Below, one piece after another: positions 36,946-51,189 of a stretch of DNA of 64,000 nucleotides (positions are counted from its first letter, which is position 1; every line of letters begins with the position of its first letter). The notes under the pieces are model-generated. The model was not told the origin of the DNA and searched no databases. It saw nothing but the letters and a program-made list of their open reading frames with translations. The position numbers and the translations under genes are program-made. The stretch is from positions 84,880,001 through 84,944,000 of the forward strand of contig CM052817.1 in assembly GCA_028534125.1 (NCBI GenBank), given 5' to 3'. Source of the DNA: Lama glama. Its lineage: Eukaryota.

Positions 36946-39900
36946 ATTCTCTTAATCGTTAACAATTAATTGTTTCCCAACACAAAGCATATGGCAAAAC
37001 GAGAGCAAAAAGACAGTCATACTACAACAAATAGAATATACTTTACTTTCACCATCTGGGACCTTTGTTCGTAGAGAGTCAGAGGTAGGGATAGGTGGAG
37101 CCAGGTAGCTGTGCTATGGGTTTGTGTGTTCTTACCAGTGGCAAACTACAGAAGATGATGCAGGAAGGAAAACAAGGAGGAAAACCAGGAAAAATAATGA
37201 ACTACCTGGATTTTAATGGTGCTAAGCATTTGGAAACTACCTATAGGTAATTTTCAAAATGCCTGTATCCTGGAGGGAGCGATGACTGAGTAGGTATCAT
37301 CTGTGGATGCTGGTATCTTAAAATTTCAAAGCCACTCATCAGTCATTTCTAGATTCCAAAAATCCTACAAATCCTTCTGTTAAGAAGTGAGATGACTCCA
37401 GCTAGTATGGATTTACTATAACCTTGGAGATTGTGTGTTTTGAACTGGTTTAATCAGAGTCAAACATAACCTGTATTCTTAATGAAGTTTTGGGTGCTAA
37501 AATATAGTCATGGAAGTAACTCCTTAAATTTTAAGACAGACTAGAGACCAGCGACTTTTCACATTAGGAGAAAGGGCCATAAAGGCTAATTAGGAGAGGG
37601 TTATCTGAGGAAAAAGCAGGCAAATTGAAAGTTCTGATCTGATTTTGGATCATTACTGTGAAAGTAGATGAGGTAATTTTTTGGGAAATATCCTCTGGTG
37701 ATATATTGATCAGGCTTTTGACAACATCCTACTGCAAAATACTGACATGTTTACTTTTTTTGAATTGTCTAAGTTTTAAAATATTTAGTCTACTTCTTAC
37801 ATTTATGTATGTATTTCCTCACAGGAACTGAAAGTTCTTTACTAATGTAAGTACTAAAATGATGGATTACTTATAAAGTGGAAATATATATGTGTAAATT
37901 AGGTTTAGAAAAACCCCAAAACAAAACTCACAGTTAAAAGGCTTATTTTTATTGATTAATTAGATGGTTCAAGCAGGTAACAGGCTTCTAAAAGAATAGT
38001 GGAGTTTTCCATGAGAAAGAATGGGAAGAAATTTCTATGAGAATTTTACAAAAAAAAAAAAAAGGGGAGTGTTTGTAATCTTAACTTATATAGCAACTTC
38101 TCATTACTTGAATGATACAGTTAGTAAGAGCAAATTTCAGTGAGATGTTCTACCCCGTTGAATGGTCTGGTGTCTTGTGTCACGTGGAGTCAGGAAGCAG
38201 ATAAATAATTATTTTATGAAATCAGTCAAGAAATACTTATGAAGATTCAGAAAAAATAAAATGGACTTAAATGTCAACCAACATATTAAAAAGTAGTATT
38301 TTTTTACTGTTAATCTTTGAGGAAAGTTTATCCTCTCTCAACTGTAAATGCTATACTTCTAGTAATCCTGCAATGCCATAGTTCCTCTGTATTCTCAAGA
38401 AAAACTCTAGTTGTTCAGTGTATTTTATTGATGCGCATGTAGTCACACATCATAAAAATTTAATAGGGCAGGTTTGACATAGCAAAATGTAAAATAGGAA
38501 TATACTTTTATTTTAAATAAAAATGAAATTCTTCAAATCTTTTATTTTAAAAAATTTAAAAATTCATCATTTCAAAGTTGGCATTTTGAATTAATTGTAA
38601 ACTGTATTTATGCTTTGCCACATGGCAGAAGTATTTTCAAACTGTGTTTATGTATATCAAGATGTCTGTGAGTGTTTTTGCTATTTGCTGTTTTTAAAGC
38701 AAGGCTATTATAATTTAAAAGCATTTTGAAAATATGCTATATAGCAAAGTCATAAAAGCAGCCATTAAATGATGGTACTAACCTGAAGTGCTGACATTTT
38801 TTTCTGAAAAATAGACAACTTTAGAATAAAAAGACATGAAATATTTTGTGACTATATTATTTATGAATATATTGTGTTTTAAAAATGCAATTAAAAGCAA
38901 AAATATGCTATAATGGCTATGGATTTGTGATCCTTCAGTTATTCCTTCTACTTTATAGTTACTCTTCTGGGAAAATTTTCTGGGATTAGTGAATTTAAAT
39001 GATCATTCAAATAAAATACAACTGATCTTAACTTTTTAAAATCAAGGACTGATATTATAATGTGTAGAACACTGAGCATCCATGTTAGGGTGGACATAGT
39101 TATAGTCTAAAGTAGAATCCTGAAATTTTATTGAAACTGTATTTAAAATGGTCTAAAACCTTTGCTTCACTGTTTTGAAATGACAAGTTTAATCACTTCC
39201 TAGGAAGGTAAATGGGACAACCATAGTTGAATTACATCAACCATAACTCATTCCAGGCATGGACTGGCCCCTTTCTCCCCAGAAAAACACAGTCAAGTGC
39301 AAGAGAGTAGATTTCTGTTAAGAAGGGAAAATGGAAAATGGGTGAACTATATGCCATGCCTGTTGGAAAGAACATAAGAAAGAGAAAAGGAAGGTATATG
39401 TGCATTTGGGGTTGCAGAGAAATTGCCTTAATCCCACTAAAGCTCCTATTTCTCTCTCTCTCATAAACACACACATACATGCACACACATCTTATGCATG
39501 TTGTACATATTCAAAAAAGGTAATTTTTTCATATTCCTTAAGTAGATGTATTCATCCATTGTTCTTTTCAAATATATTGAGATAACCAAGTTTGGGATTT
39601 ATTCAGTGGTGGATTAGCTGTGCAGGCTCTGCTTTTTCAGTGGTGAAAGAATTCTTGTCTCATGATGATCCTATGACTTTTTCTCAACTCCAAATATCTG
39701 ATCTCATTTTATACCCTAGTGTTAGAATTGCCAGGGTCTCAACACCAAAATATTAACTATTTGAGTTTTTTTAACTGTATTCCTAGTTTTCCTCAGACTA
39801 ACTATAAAGATAGAAAGATTACATTTAGGAAAATATCTGACTTTTCATCCGCAACTATCTGTTCTCATAAGACCTCACTGGCTGTGTTTCACTCCAGTGC

Positions 39901-41574
39901 ACTGTTAAAATAGTGTCGATTTTATTTCATGCTTCACATACCTGACTTTATTTTATAGGTGGAATGTTCTCTAGAATGGTTGAACTGCTCTTTGGAGTCA
40001 TACAGGGTAAAATTCCAGACCCATGCTGTCCTGTGTGCTTGTGCCTCCATTAGAGATAATCATGCTGAGCCATAATTTCAACTAACATTGTTGGCTTGAT
40101 GACATGCAGGTTTACTTTTTCATCTTAACAGACCTGGAAGAGGGAGGAAGAGAAGCAATTTTTGGTTTGATGAGGTGCCTAGCTGACACTTAGGCCTGGA
40201 TTTCTAAAATGTCCTGAAGCTAAATTCAGAAGAAACGGAGTTGATTTTTGGTAGGTCCCTGCTGCCTTTTGAATGCTACTTTATCCACTGCTATTGGTTT
40301 TGATAGGGCTATTACATAACCTGTTATTATTAAGTTCTATAACCTTGGACTGTCTGTGATTGTGAACTTTCTCTTGATAACCAGCTCAGATGCTTTTTAC
40401 TATTTTGGTTCTGGGGCAGACTTGGGATAATACATATCCATAAGGTTCTGCTGTATCAATTTATACTAATTGCTTTGAATTGCAGTTAAAAATTTATTTA
40501 GACTTGGGAGAGGCTTACACATTCCTAAATGTCCAGTTAAGGCCATTTATTAATGGTTAAAATGTCATAGGATGCCAAGAGCAAACAAGAAGAAGATGAA
40601 TACCTCCTTTCCTGGTAACATTTTTTTCACCTTCCTGTCCTATCATATAGATTAATGTGTTGTTTTGGGAAAGGGCTGAAATTGGATAATACTCTGAAAG
40701 GCTGAGTTGAGGAGAAAAGGATTTCGTGGAACCCATATGTCTTCATAAAAAATGTTGACTTTTGAGACAGGCTGAGGTGTAGCATTGTCTGTTTTGCAGA
40801 TGGCTGATAGACTGAAAGAGGACAATAAAATCTCCAAGGTTACTCACATTCACATTGACCTTTGCTTTCATTTAAGTTGCCTTCGAATCACAACTACACA
40901 GGTAGTGGTAACAGAGGAGTCACATTATGATATGGAAAACAGAGCAAAAGTAATACCAGTTTAGGTACCAAATTAAGCAAGTAATATAAATATTAAACAG
41001 AAAATGCTTACAATTCCTCTTGCTGTGTTAGTGAAGAGCTTGGAATAGATGAGAAATGGGATAGGTCTCAATATGTGTGACAGTAGCCTGACCAAATTTG
41101 TTAAAACTGAAATATAGAGTGACAATGAACTAGAAAAGCTGGCAATATGTAGAATAATGGCAAGACATTGGATTAAATAGAGAGAGTCGAGTGGTAATAA
41201 CAACAAATGAAGTTACAAAGAGTGCTAAAGCTGGCCTGGGTGAACCTTGGAGGGAAAACTGTGGCTTCATCTTGTGCTGCAAAATTTCAGTGAATAAATA
41301 GAATAAATGTTCATAGGTAAAGCATGTAAGTCTTATGAGGGTTGTCTGAAAAGAGTCAGTGAAAGAAAATGACTACCTATCATTTTAGAAAACATGGGAA
41401 ATAAATACTATTTCAACCAGAGTTAGACATTTTGAGAGAAAAAGGAGAAATCCACCAGAATTAGGACACATGATAGAGAAAAGAAAATTGTGCTTAAGAC
41501 AACAACATTCTATAAGAGAAATCTGACTACATAAGACAGTTTATTGAGGCTCTAGTAGTGTTAGTATAGCAATG

Positions 41575-42170
41575 TATGTACAGGTTGGTTAAGAAGCCTT
41601 TAGCTATAGTAATTTAAAAGCCAATTTAAAATAAGGACATTTACTGCCTCACACAATTGGTAGTCCAGTGTTAGGTCTTCCTAATTGTCTTGATTAGTGA
41701 CATAACTCAGCTTTACTTCTTAGATGTTCTTTAATCTTTAACAGAGCAGCAAGATGGGTTTAGTTATTCTGGCTTTATATTCATGCATAGCACAACCCAT
41801 AGGAAGAAAAATTATTCCCTTTTTGAGATCAAGTCTTGGTTTCTAAGAAGTCTCTAAAAGACTTCCTTTCAGGTCACACTGGATAACTTGCATCTAATAG
41901 GCACCCAAAATGGATACATGATAGGATTAACGTGAATTCACTCAGGTCTACTCTATAGCTGAATTCTCTGGGCTCACTTGTGAAAGACAACAAATAAACA
42001 AATTGTATTAATTTGGAGCATTTAGAGTTTTCTGTGATAACAGCTCTAAAAATCTCAGGGCGTAAGGCAACAGTGGTTCCTCACTTGCTATCTCCATATC
42101 ATTTTGGTGTACTCACTTTGGGAGTTAGACTAAAGGAGCAACTCCTATCTGGAAGACTCTATTGTGAATT
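41575..42170 (-). mobile_element. old MLT1 LTR fragments (remainder at ~45140-45320)
   Basis: 'gcagcaagatgg', 'gacttcctttcaggtcac', 'tctgtgataacagctctaaaaatctcaggg'. Confidence 0.45.
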
Positions 42171-42189
42171 ATATTGACTTATATTTTTA

Positions 42190-44297
42190 AAATATCATTT
42201 AGTCAGACATAAACAAAATGAAATAAAATTCACTCATTTAAAGTGCTAAATGAAATAAGTTTTGATGTCTACATCAATGAAGTTCCTGCCTTAATCAAGA
42301 TATGAAACATTTCCATCAAACTCATTTCACCCTTTGTACTCTCTCTCTCCCTCCACTCCCTGCCTCATGAAGCAAACTGATCTGTTTTTGTTACTATAAT
42401 TTAACTTAAATTTTCTAGAATTCTATATAAATGCAGTCATGCAGAATACATTTTTGTGTGTCTGGCTTTTTCATTTAGTACAATGACTTTGAGGTTCATT
42501 CATGTTGTTGCGTGTATTGATAGTTAATTCCTTTTCATGCTTACTCGTATTCCATTGTCTTCATTTACCACATTTTGTTTTTTCATTCACCTTTGAGTAA
42601 TTTTCTGCTTTTGTCTATTTTGAATCAAGCTGTATGAACATTCATGTATGTCTTTTTGTGGATATATACTCTTTTCTCTTATGTAAATATTATAATTTTA
42701 TTTTTAAACATTTATGTGTATTTAAAATAAATTAACAGTAAAATATTGTTTTATATTTATCCACATAGTTATTATTTCAGATGCTTTTCGTTTCTTTTTG
42801 ATGATCTAAGTTTCCTTATGGTATCATTTCTTTTCAGCCTGAAAGAATGTCCTAGAGTAATTTTTCCTTTTTTTGGTACACTTTTGTTAGTGATAAATCT
42901 CCTTAGTTTTATTTTACTTGAAAATATATTTACTTGTCCTTGATTAATTAAGGAGATTTTTGATGAGTTCAGAATTCTGGAGTTTCAGTCTCTTTTTGTC
43001 ATCTCTTTAAAGATACCGTTCCACCGTTTTCTGTCTTCTATAGTTTCTAATGAAAAGTCCACAGTAATTCAAAGATTTTCTCTTAGTTTTTGCGGGTCAG
43101 TAGTTTGATTATGATGAGCCTAGGTTTGGTTTTCTTTGTTTCTTTCTGTGTTGCATCTTCTTTAATAGACAAGTTTATCTTTTTCACCAATTTGGGGGAA
43201 TTTTCCATCATTATTTATTCAAGTATGTATTTGTTAATTCTCACGTTTTTCTTTCCCTTCCTTTGACTCAAATTACATGCATGCCAGACTTTATAAATAC
43301 TGCCAAACAAGTCCCTGAAGTTCTGTTTATTTTTTCTCTATTATCTTTCAATTGGATATTTTGTAATGATCTATTTTCATTTTCATGTTGAAATAGATTT
43401 TTTTCTTCTGTCATCTGTATTCTGCCCTTAAACTAATCCATTAACTTACTTTTCATTTTAGATCTTGTATTTTTCAGCTACAAAATTTGGTCTATTTTTA
43501 TAATTTCTATTTTTCACTGAGAATTCCTACCTTTCTACTTACTAGAATTGCACATTCCTTTACCATATTAAATACAATGGTCATATTTATAATAGCTGCT
43601 TTAAAATCCCTTTATGATGATTTCAACCTTGGTATCATATCCAAATTGGTGTCTGTTGGTTCTTTTCTTTCTTCCTTAAGAACAGGTCACTTTTTTTGTT
43701 GTTCTTGGTATTTCAAATAATTTTTTATTATTTTCTTAATATTATAATTGCTATGTTTTGGAAACTCTGGATGCTGTTATATTGCTTTAAAAATTTTGAT
43801 GTTTTTATTAGAAGATAATATTCATGTATCAATCAAAAAGTTATGTCTTATTTTTGAAAATTTGGGGCAGCTTGGATTTCAATCTCTTATTTTAGACTTC
43901 AGTATAAACTGATTTGTTTCTGTGCTGATCATTCACAGTTCAAAGAAAGATTTGCATAGTGTTTATTCTCAGAAACTTGAACTTCCTTTATTTGTTTTTC
44001 TTCTTTCCTGCGTTTCTCTTTTACTTTTAATTGGTAATGGGTACTCTAGACTCTATCCTCTGGATTCTCAGGCCAGAAAGATTGTGAGTTTTCTCTTTGA
44101 ATTTTAGCTTCCGTGTATAGTGACATGACTATGTTATGCCCTCAGTATAAACCCATAAAAATTGGGACCTACCTGGTTGTGGTCCTTTCTTTCAAGTTTT
44201 CACTCCTTTAAAAATTTGTCTGCTCTTTCCCTATTCTTTAGAGCTTTTGTTTTGTTCTCTTACTATTTCATGCAGAGTTTAAAGTTGTCATATGTGG
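42190..44297 (-). mobile_element. old L1M/HAL1-type element (3'UTR plus ORF1-like region)
   Basis: 'gttcattcatgttgttgcgtgtat', 'gtgataaatctccttagtttt...cagaattctgg', 'tttctaatgaaaagtc'. Confidence 0.7.
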
Positions 44298-44312
44298 GAG
44301 GGTAGGACTTTT

Positions 44313-45092
44313 TTTTTTAACATTTTTTATTGATTTATAATCATTTTACAATGTTGTGTCAAATTCCAGTGTTCAGTACAATTTTTCAGTCATTCATGGA
44401 CATATACACACTCATTGTCACATTTTTTTCTCTGTGAGTTATCATAACATTNNNNNNNNNNNNNNNNNNNNNNNNNNNNNNNNNNNNNNNNNNNNNNNNN
44501 NNNNNNNNNNNNNNNNNNNNNNNNNNNNNNNNNNNNNNNNNNNNNNNNNNNNNNNNNNNNNNNNNNNNNNNNNNNNNNNNNNNNNNNNNNNNNNNNNNNN
44601 NNNNNNNNNNNNNNNNNNNNNNNNNNNNNNNNNNNNNNNNNNNNNNNNNNNNNNNNNNNNNNNNNNNNNNNNNNNNNNNNNNNNNNNNNNNNNNNNNNNN
44701 NNNNNNNNNNNNNNNNNNNNNNNNNNNNNNNNNNNNNNNNNNNNNNNNNNNNNNNNNNNNNNNNNNNNNNNNNNNNNNNNNNNNNNNNNNNNNNNNNNNN
44801 NNNNNNNNNNNNNNNNNNNNNNNNNNNNNNNNNNNNNNNNNNNNNNNNNNNNNNNNNNNNNNNNNNNNNNNNNNNNNNNNNNNNNNNNNNNNNNNNNNNN
44901 NNNNNNNNNNNNNNNNNNNNNNNNNNNNNNNNNNNNNNNNNNNNNNNNNNNTAGTGGCTGCACCAAACTGCATTCCCACCAGCAGTGTAGGAGGGTTCCC
45001 CTTTCTCCACAGCCTCTCCAGCATTTGTCATTTGTGGATTTTTGAATGACGGCCATTCTGACTGGTGTGAGGTGATACCTCATTGTAGTTTT
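44313..45092 (-). mobile_element. young 5'-truncated L1 spanning a gap, 15-bp TSD
   Basis: Poly-T plus young 3'UTR; ORF2 C-terminal [41 protein letters not shown] gagggtaggactttt at 44298-44312 and 45093-45107. Confidence 0.95.
44452..44951. other. assembly gap (500 N)
   Basis: Run of n. Confidence 1.
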
Positions 45093-46408
45093 GAGGGTAG
45101 GACTTTTAAAAGCTCACTCCACTGTACCAGAATAAGAAATCTACACTGGCTTTTAAAGTTTCTGCTTGATAGAAACATAAGTAACTTTCATTCATGTTTC
45201 TTTGACTAAATGAAGCTATATGGCCATGCATATCTTAAAGAGGGCAGGGAGTGTAATCCTACAATGTGTCCATTGATGAGAGGGTCTGAATATTTGTAAA
45301 TAGTCTTGACGACTACAGGCTAACACATCTCAGAATTATGGGAAGGAGAAATGCACCTAAACTTTACTCAAGGGATCCACTTTGACTTGTTCTACAAAAT
45401 GGTGGATAGACTTGTTTCAAGAAATGGAGAAAAGATTAGATAATGGTGCTCAAGGATATTTTAATCCTTGTGTGTGAAGTTTCAATTTTGTATAAATAAA
45501 ACATATTCATGTACTAGTTGTGTAATAAGATCATAACTTTTTAAAGGGATGAGTTTGAGTATTTGGAGGAAGGCTCAAAAGGCAAATGGTTAGCAGCAGA
45601 AATTTATTTTTGTATTATGACTATTTTAGATCTAATGATTAGCAATATCTTCTTACTCTTCAGGCTTTTAATGCAAGAAATAGATGATAAATGAAGGAAA
45701 TAATAATATCTAAATGATTATGGTATTGTTAGAAAATAAATTTTTATTTCAGTATTCTTAAGGCCTTTATTTAGAGGATACTTCCCAGAGAATTTAACTA
45801 AGGTATACTGTATGTGTAATTTAAAAATTATTAGTAATTATTAATTAAGTATAAAGGTCAAAGTTTAATTGCCCGGTAGTTATTAAATAACTTACTTGGG
45901 TTTCCAAAGAATAATGTAAATATTATTCAGTGATTTATATACTATATACCTAATATTTAAACCTTAATAAATATTTATACCTTAATCAATATTTATATCA
46001 TAATAATATATCATATGAAAAATCTATAATTAGAAATATGAATGCTGTTATCAAATAAAACATTTAATTCATTAATTTCATAAATATTTCACTAATATAA
46101 CTCATTGAGTAGAAGAAAATCAGTAAATTTACAGAATATCAAGTTTGGTCATATTAAATAAAATGCAACTAGTTATTTTTCACAAGAAATATTTATCTTA
46201 TACAATTTTTAAAATTTTCCATTAAAATGCCAATGATCATTTCACCTGAAAGGAAAATAATGTCACTTCAAATAAATACATATAATCTGCTTAGTTTCCT
46301 GATTTCATCATGTGTATCTATTTCTGTAATTTTAAATTAAAAATCTATTGCATAAGCTAAATTTCAAGCTGAAATTTTTGTGAGGTTTTCAAAATTTACC
46401 AGTTATAT

Positions 46409-46440
46409 ATTGCTTCTCAGCCTTTTGGCTAAGATAAGTG
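46409..46440 (+). pseudogene. RNU2: 3'-truncated U2 snRNA retropseudogene
   Basis: attgcttctcagccttttggctaagat-aagtg versus U2 5' end ATCGCTTCTCGGCCTTTTGGCTAAGATCAAGTG; 19-bp direct repeat caaaatttaccagttatat at 46390-46408 and 46441-46459. Confidence 0.9.
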
Positions 46441-46469
46441 CAAAATTTACCAGTTATATGGCTGTTACA

Positions 46470-47040
46470 AAGGATCTCATTGTTTATCATTTGCATTTTC
46501 TTGATGTCCAATGAAATTGTCTTTTTATATCTTTATTGGTAAACAGAGTTGTATGAATTATCTAGTCTCATCTTTTGTCCACTTTTCTGTTGAGTTTGTT
46601 TGTTGCTTAATCATCTGTAGAGATTCTTTGTGTATCTTAGGTATTAATAATTGGTTGGGTATCTGTGTTATTATTTTCATACTCTGTGTCATATCATTTT
46701 ACTTTATTTATGATCTTTGATAAACCAACTTTATCATTTTATTGTGGGCAGTTTCATTCAGTGTACTTTTCCTTCATAGGTTTTTTTTCCTGTCTTATTA
46801 ATGAAAAATTTTAAAGGTTTTCTCCTGTAACTTTTCTTAGATTTCTTAAAGTTTTCTTTTCCCTTCTTGGTGTTTAACACACCCAGGGTTGATTTTTTGT
46901 GGGATTTGAGTAAAGAATCTATTGTTTCCTGTTTGGATAAATGATGGCACAAGCAACATTTCTTGAATATGTGTATCTTTTCTGGTCCCCTGACATGGGA
47001 TATCACCTCAGTATGTACCAAGGACACATCTTTCATATGG
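46470..47040 (-). mobile_element. old L1M fragment
   Basis: 'atctcattgttt...tttgcattttcttgat', 'tcttttgtccacttttctgttg'. Confidence 0.6.
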
Positions 47041-47109
47041 TCATTCTTTTATAATATCCTCCTTTTTACTATTTCCTCCTTTTTAGCTTTGAGAAATGAT
47101 TTTGAGGGG

Positions 47110-47565
47110 AAATATACCACTCACTATTTATACTCTTATGAAATACCCTCCCCTTCAGTGTGGAATGTGTTTAATAACTTCTACTGAATAGATGCGGCAG
47201 GGGTTATTAGGGTATAAAACGTCACTGGCTTCTCTCTTGGAAATTCTTTCTCAGTTTCTCTCTGATTCCTCATTCAAGGAGAAATAATCTGCATGTCGTG
47301 GATTTGGAGAGCATTTGGCAAGGAACTGATATCTTGAGCCAGTAGCTAGTGACAGTCTCCTAAGTGACCTTGGAAGTGAGAGTGGGAGGGATCCAGTTGA
47401 GTCATGAGATATTTGCAGATGAATCAAAACTTTGATTGTAGCTATTAAGACCCTGAGACTTTGAGGCACTCACTAAATCATTCCTGGACTCTGGAACCAA
47501 AGAAACTGTGGGATTATAAATGTTAGGTGTTTTACATTGTTAAACTGGGGAGTAATTTGTTAACT
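47110..47565 (+). mobile_element. MLT1F-like solo LTR
   Basis: 'gtgaccttggaag', 'agaccctgag', 'agaaactgtgggattataaatgtt...ggagtaatttgtta'. Confidence 0.7.
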
Positions 47566-47594
47566 CTCATCCTTCTTTATGTACAACTGTAATC

Positions 47595-47748
47595 TTGGTA
47601 TTCAAAGTGTAGTCCATGGACCCGCAACATCCAGGAAGTTTTTAGAAATGCAGAATCTCAGGCCCCTCCCATGACCCACTAAATAGAATCTGAATTTCAA
47701 TAAATTGCCCAGGTGATTTTTAGACTAATTATAATTGAGGTGTTCTAG
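47595..47748. mobile_element. MER5A (hAT-Charlie MITE)
   Basis: 'tcaaagtgtagtccatggacc...ttagaaatgcagaatctcaggcccc...cccaggtgatt'. Confidence 0.85.
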
Positions 47749-48672
47749 TTAGAAAGAATTGTTCTTTTCACCAGATTTAGGGAGTAGTTATCAAAAAATT
47801 GCTTGCTGATAAAATAACAGAAAAGACTATTGATGATAAATAAAATTTCTCAGAAAAGAAGGATTAAGATTGGGTAAAAAAAAAAATTTTCCTGAAGATA
47901 TGAGACTCTCACATGGTTAATTACTAGCCCCATGGAATTTGAACTTTGAACTGCAAAGAAGAAACAATGATGAAATCATTGGTTTACTTCCATAAGAAGT
48001 GGAGTTTGACAAGATAAATGATAGAGAGGCAAAATGAACAGGAAAGGTTTTCATGAAAAACTTTGACCATTTTACTGTGACAGACAACATTTCAATATGT
48101 TATATCCCATTAAGACATGAACTCCAAACCCTTACTCTCCAAGGATGTTTTGTCAATGTATTTGTCTTAATAGAAATCTAATCAGTTTGAGGTTTTTTTT
48201 TTAATGTTCTCTTTTTCTTAATTCAGAAAAATGGCCCACTGTGGGATCTTGTAAGTGAATAACTTGCTTAAACATAAGCCTTCAGAAATTGAAGTTTAAT
48301 AATTACCACCTCAATTTTTATGATTTTGAGAAAGAATATTAATATTTGTATGTGTGTCCTCCATTGAATTTTAAGGTTCTTTAGCAAAAAAATGTATGTT
48401 TTAAAATGATTTCTTAAAAATATCTGCATCTCCAATAATAGGGGGTTAAACAAATTATGTTAGACCACTCAGTGAAATACTTGGCCACTATTAAAATGAT
48501 GCTGAAGAACCTTTTGATGATATGGAAAGATATGCAATATATTAAAAAGAATTTTACAAACCAGAATACATGGCAGAACATCACTGCATTAAATGTATGA
48601 AGGAAAATACACCACAATGTTCTTAGCAGTCTATATATATATATATATGTTCTGGGATTATGGGTGATTTTA

Positions 48673-49327
48673 CAGTTGTTTCCCCTTATCTGTGGGGAAT
48701 ACATTCTGATACTCAGTGGATGCCTAAAACTTGCATAGAACTGAGCCTTCTGTATTATATGTTCTTTTCATATATTTAAAAACCTATGATAAAGTTTGAT
48801 TTATAAATCAGGCACAGTAAGAGATGAACAATAATAACTAATAATAAAATTGAACAGTGATAACCATACTATAATAAAAGTTATGTGACTATGCTCTCTT
48901 TCTCTCTCTCTCAAAATATGTTACTATACTGTATTCACCCTTCTTCTTGTGATGATGTGAGATGATAAAATGCCTATGTGATGGAATGAGGTGAGGTTAA
49001 TGACATAGACATTGTGATGAAGTATGAGGCTACTGTTGACTTTCTGACCCAGAAGGAGGATCATCTGCTTCAGGTGATCCTAGATTGTGGAACCATGGCA
49101 TTGTCAATGGTTGGATGCCAGGAGCAGACAATGTCAATGACTGTGGATATTGGGTGGCTCAGAATGGGACAGCCTGTGATTTTGTCATGCTACTTAGGTT
49201 GGGGCCCATTTTAAAGTGTGTGAATTATTTATTTCTGGAATCTTTCATTTGGTGTTTTTGGACTGCAGTTGACCACAAGTAACTGAAACCTTGGAAAGGG
49301 AAACCATAAAATAAAGGGGGACTACTG
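48673..49327. mobile_element. MER44/Tigger7-derived Tc1-mariner element
   Basis: Terminal inverted repeats cagttgtttccccttat...ataaagggggactactg flanked by TA on both sides; 'aacctatgataaagtttgatttataaatcaggcacagtaagag'. Confidence 0.85.
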
Positions 49328-51189
49328 TACATTTTTATTGATAGTTTCTAAATGTTTTCATTGTATTTGTATTTTTAAAGTAAAATTTTAATATTTATGT
49401 TTTCCATTTCTACATTTTATAGTGGTGTGTAAATTATGGTAGTCTATGGCAGAGCTCAAGCTTAATTCTGTATAATGTATTCTGTATACTTGTGGAAGGT
49501 GATATCTGCCAGGTATTATGAAGTTAGTTACTGTTTTACCTTTTGAAATAAATCAGTACTTAATGGGGTAGTACCTTTAGACCTTCTTAATATCCTTTCA
49601 AACTTTCATTTCATTTACTTATTTATTAAATTAATATGGAAATATGTATTTTAATTTTATTTGATAAGTTTTAAGTCTTTACTATTTTTCATTTTGATGC
49701 TCAAGTAGTCTCTGATTTGACCAGTGAGAGCCTTTTTGATAATGATAGTGTTTGATTCCTTTATTATTTAATCACTTTCTTTCTGGCATAAGAAAGTATT
49801 TCAGACCTACCAGGTACTTTCCTTCCTCCAGCCTTGGAATTAACCCTTTCCTCAATGAGTTCTCATGCCTTTTAGTGAGAATGTGTTTAGACACCAATAT
49901 TTGGGAACTAGATGTCTTCATTGCTATGGCCATATTGCAGCTAACAGGCAGTGAGAGGTCTGGCTCCTGTTATTTTCCATATATTGATTTTTGATATCTG
50001 TCTCCATATATCTAACCAACCTTCTGTCACTATCCCCACATATCAGTCCCTGGTCACAGTGTGGAACCTACACCTTCTCACTGTTTGGATTCCAACACCC
50101 TATCCTGAGCCTCCTCCTTCTTAGGTGACTTCAACACTTTTCTTAGTCTCCAAACCATTTACTGGGGCACCTGCCCACCCATTGACTCCCTCTTCTCTCT
50201 ACTTAAGCTCTAAATCCTCCACTGGGTTGATTCTGACACCATCTGCCACTCCTGCATGAATGCTTTTCTCAGGTCACTCACAGTGAGTATCTTGCACGGG
50301 TCACTCTCCTTATCCTGCTCGTGCCAGAACCCCACCTCTCCTCCACACAGACGCTCTCCTTACTCTGTTCAGGTTACTCTTCTCTCCTCAGCAAAAGCCC
50401 AGCCACCCCATTTTGACACCCTACACTAGCCCCCATAGCTCAACATTAAAAAATGTTTTTTTGCCTGAGTTGTCCACAAAGGAAAAAAGGGGGAAAGAAA
50501 GAAAAGAGGTAAAGGAAAAGGAGGAGATTTAATATATTTTCAGTGAATTACTCATTTGCTAAATCAATCACAGCTACTTTTTATCTTCTGTAAATAAGAA
50601 AACTGACCAAAACACACTGTAAGAAAGAACTTCCATTCAGGCAAGAACTTTTGTAGATGGATGTATATACCTACTAAAGAAATAAGCCAATTATCTCTGC
50701 TATAGCCTATGTTCTAAAATCCACCTACTATTTTATAAGAAATAAACAGTCAATGCAAAACAGATATTCTGAAGAAATATGATATGATGACCTCAGAGAA
50801 AACAAAGTGCAAGAAAAACAAAGAAAACATAAAAAAAAGTTAATCTAATTTGTGACTGTGGAGACGGTTTAGAAGACACTATATACATAAAAACAGAACA
50901 AGATTCTATGAGGAAGGGAGGGAAGGGGAGGGAAGAGAGGAAAAGTGTAGGTTGGAGGAAGGGCTACTTCCTAGGGCTTTACCCAGAACAAGGTACTTGT
51001 CTCCTCTGTTCTCTGATGGCTAAACTTTTTTGGAATTCTTATATTCTTACCATTTTTTTCTCAGCCAGTAGAGAAATGGGGCAAGTGATCAAGTCCTCCC
51101 TTCAGAGCATGCATACACTCTATTTACATATAATACACATATGTATATATTTTTTACATCTATAGTCTTTGTACATAAAGACAGTTTGG

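Noticed and set aside
44356..45083. ORFs of 212-229 aa around the second gap
   Set aside because: N-run artefacts; the real part is L1 ORF2 C-terminus and 3'UTR.
46390..46459. Direct repeat-spacer-repeat resembling a minimal CRISPR unit
   Set aside because: Eukaryotic context, only two repeats and no cas genes; explained as a TSD around a U2 fragment.
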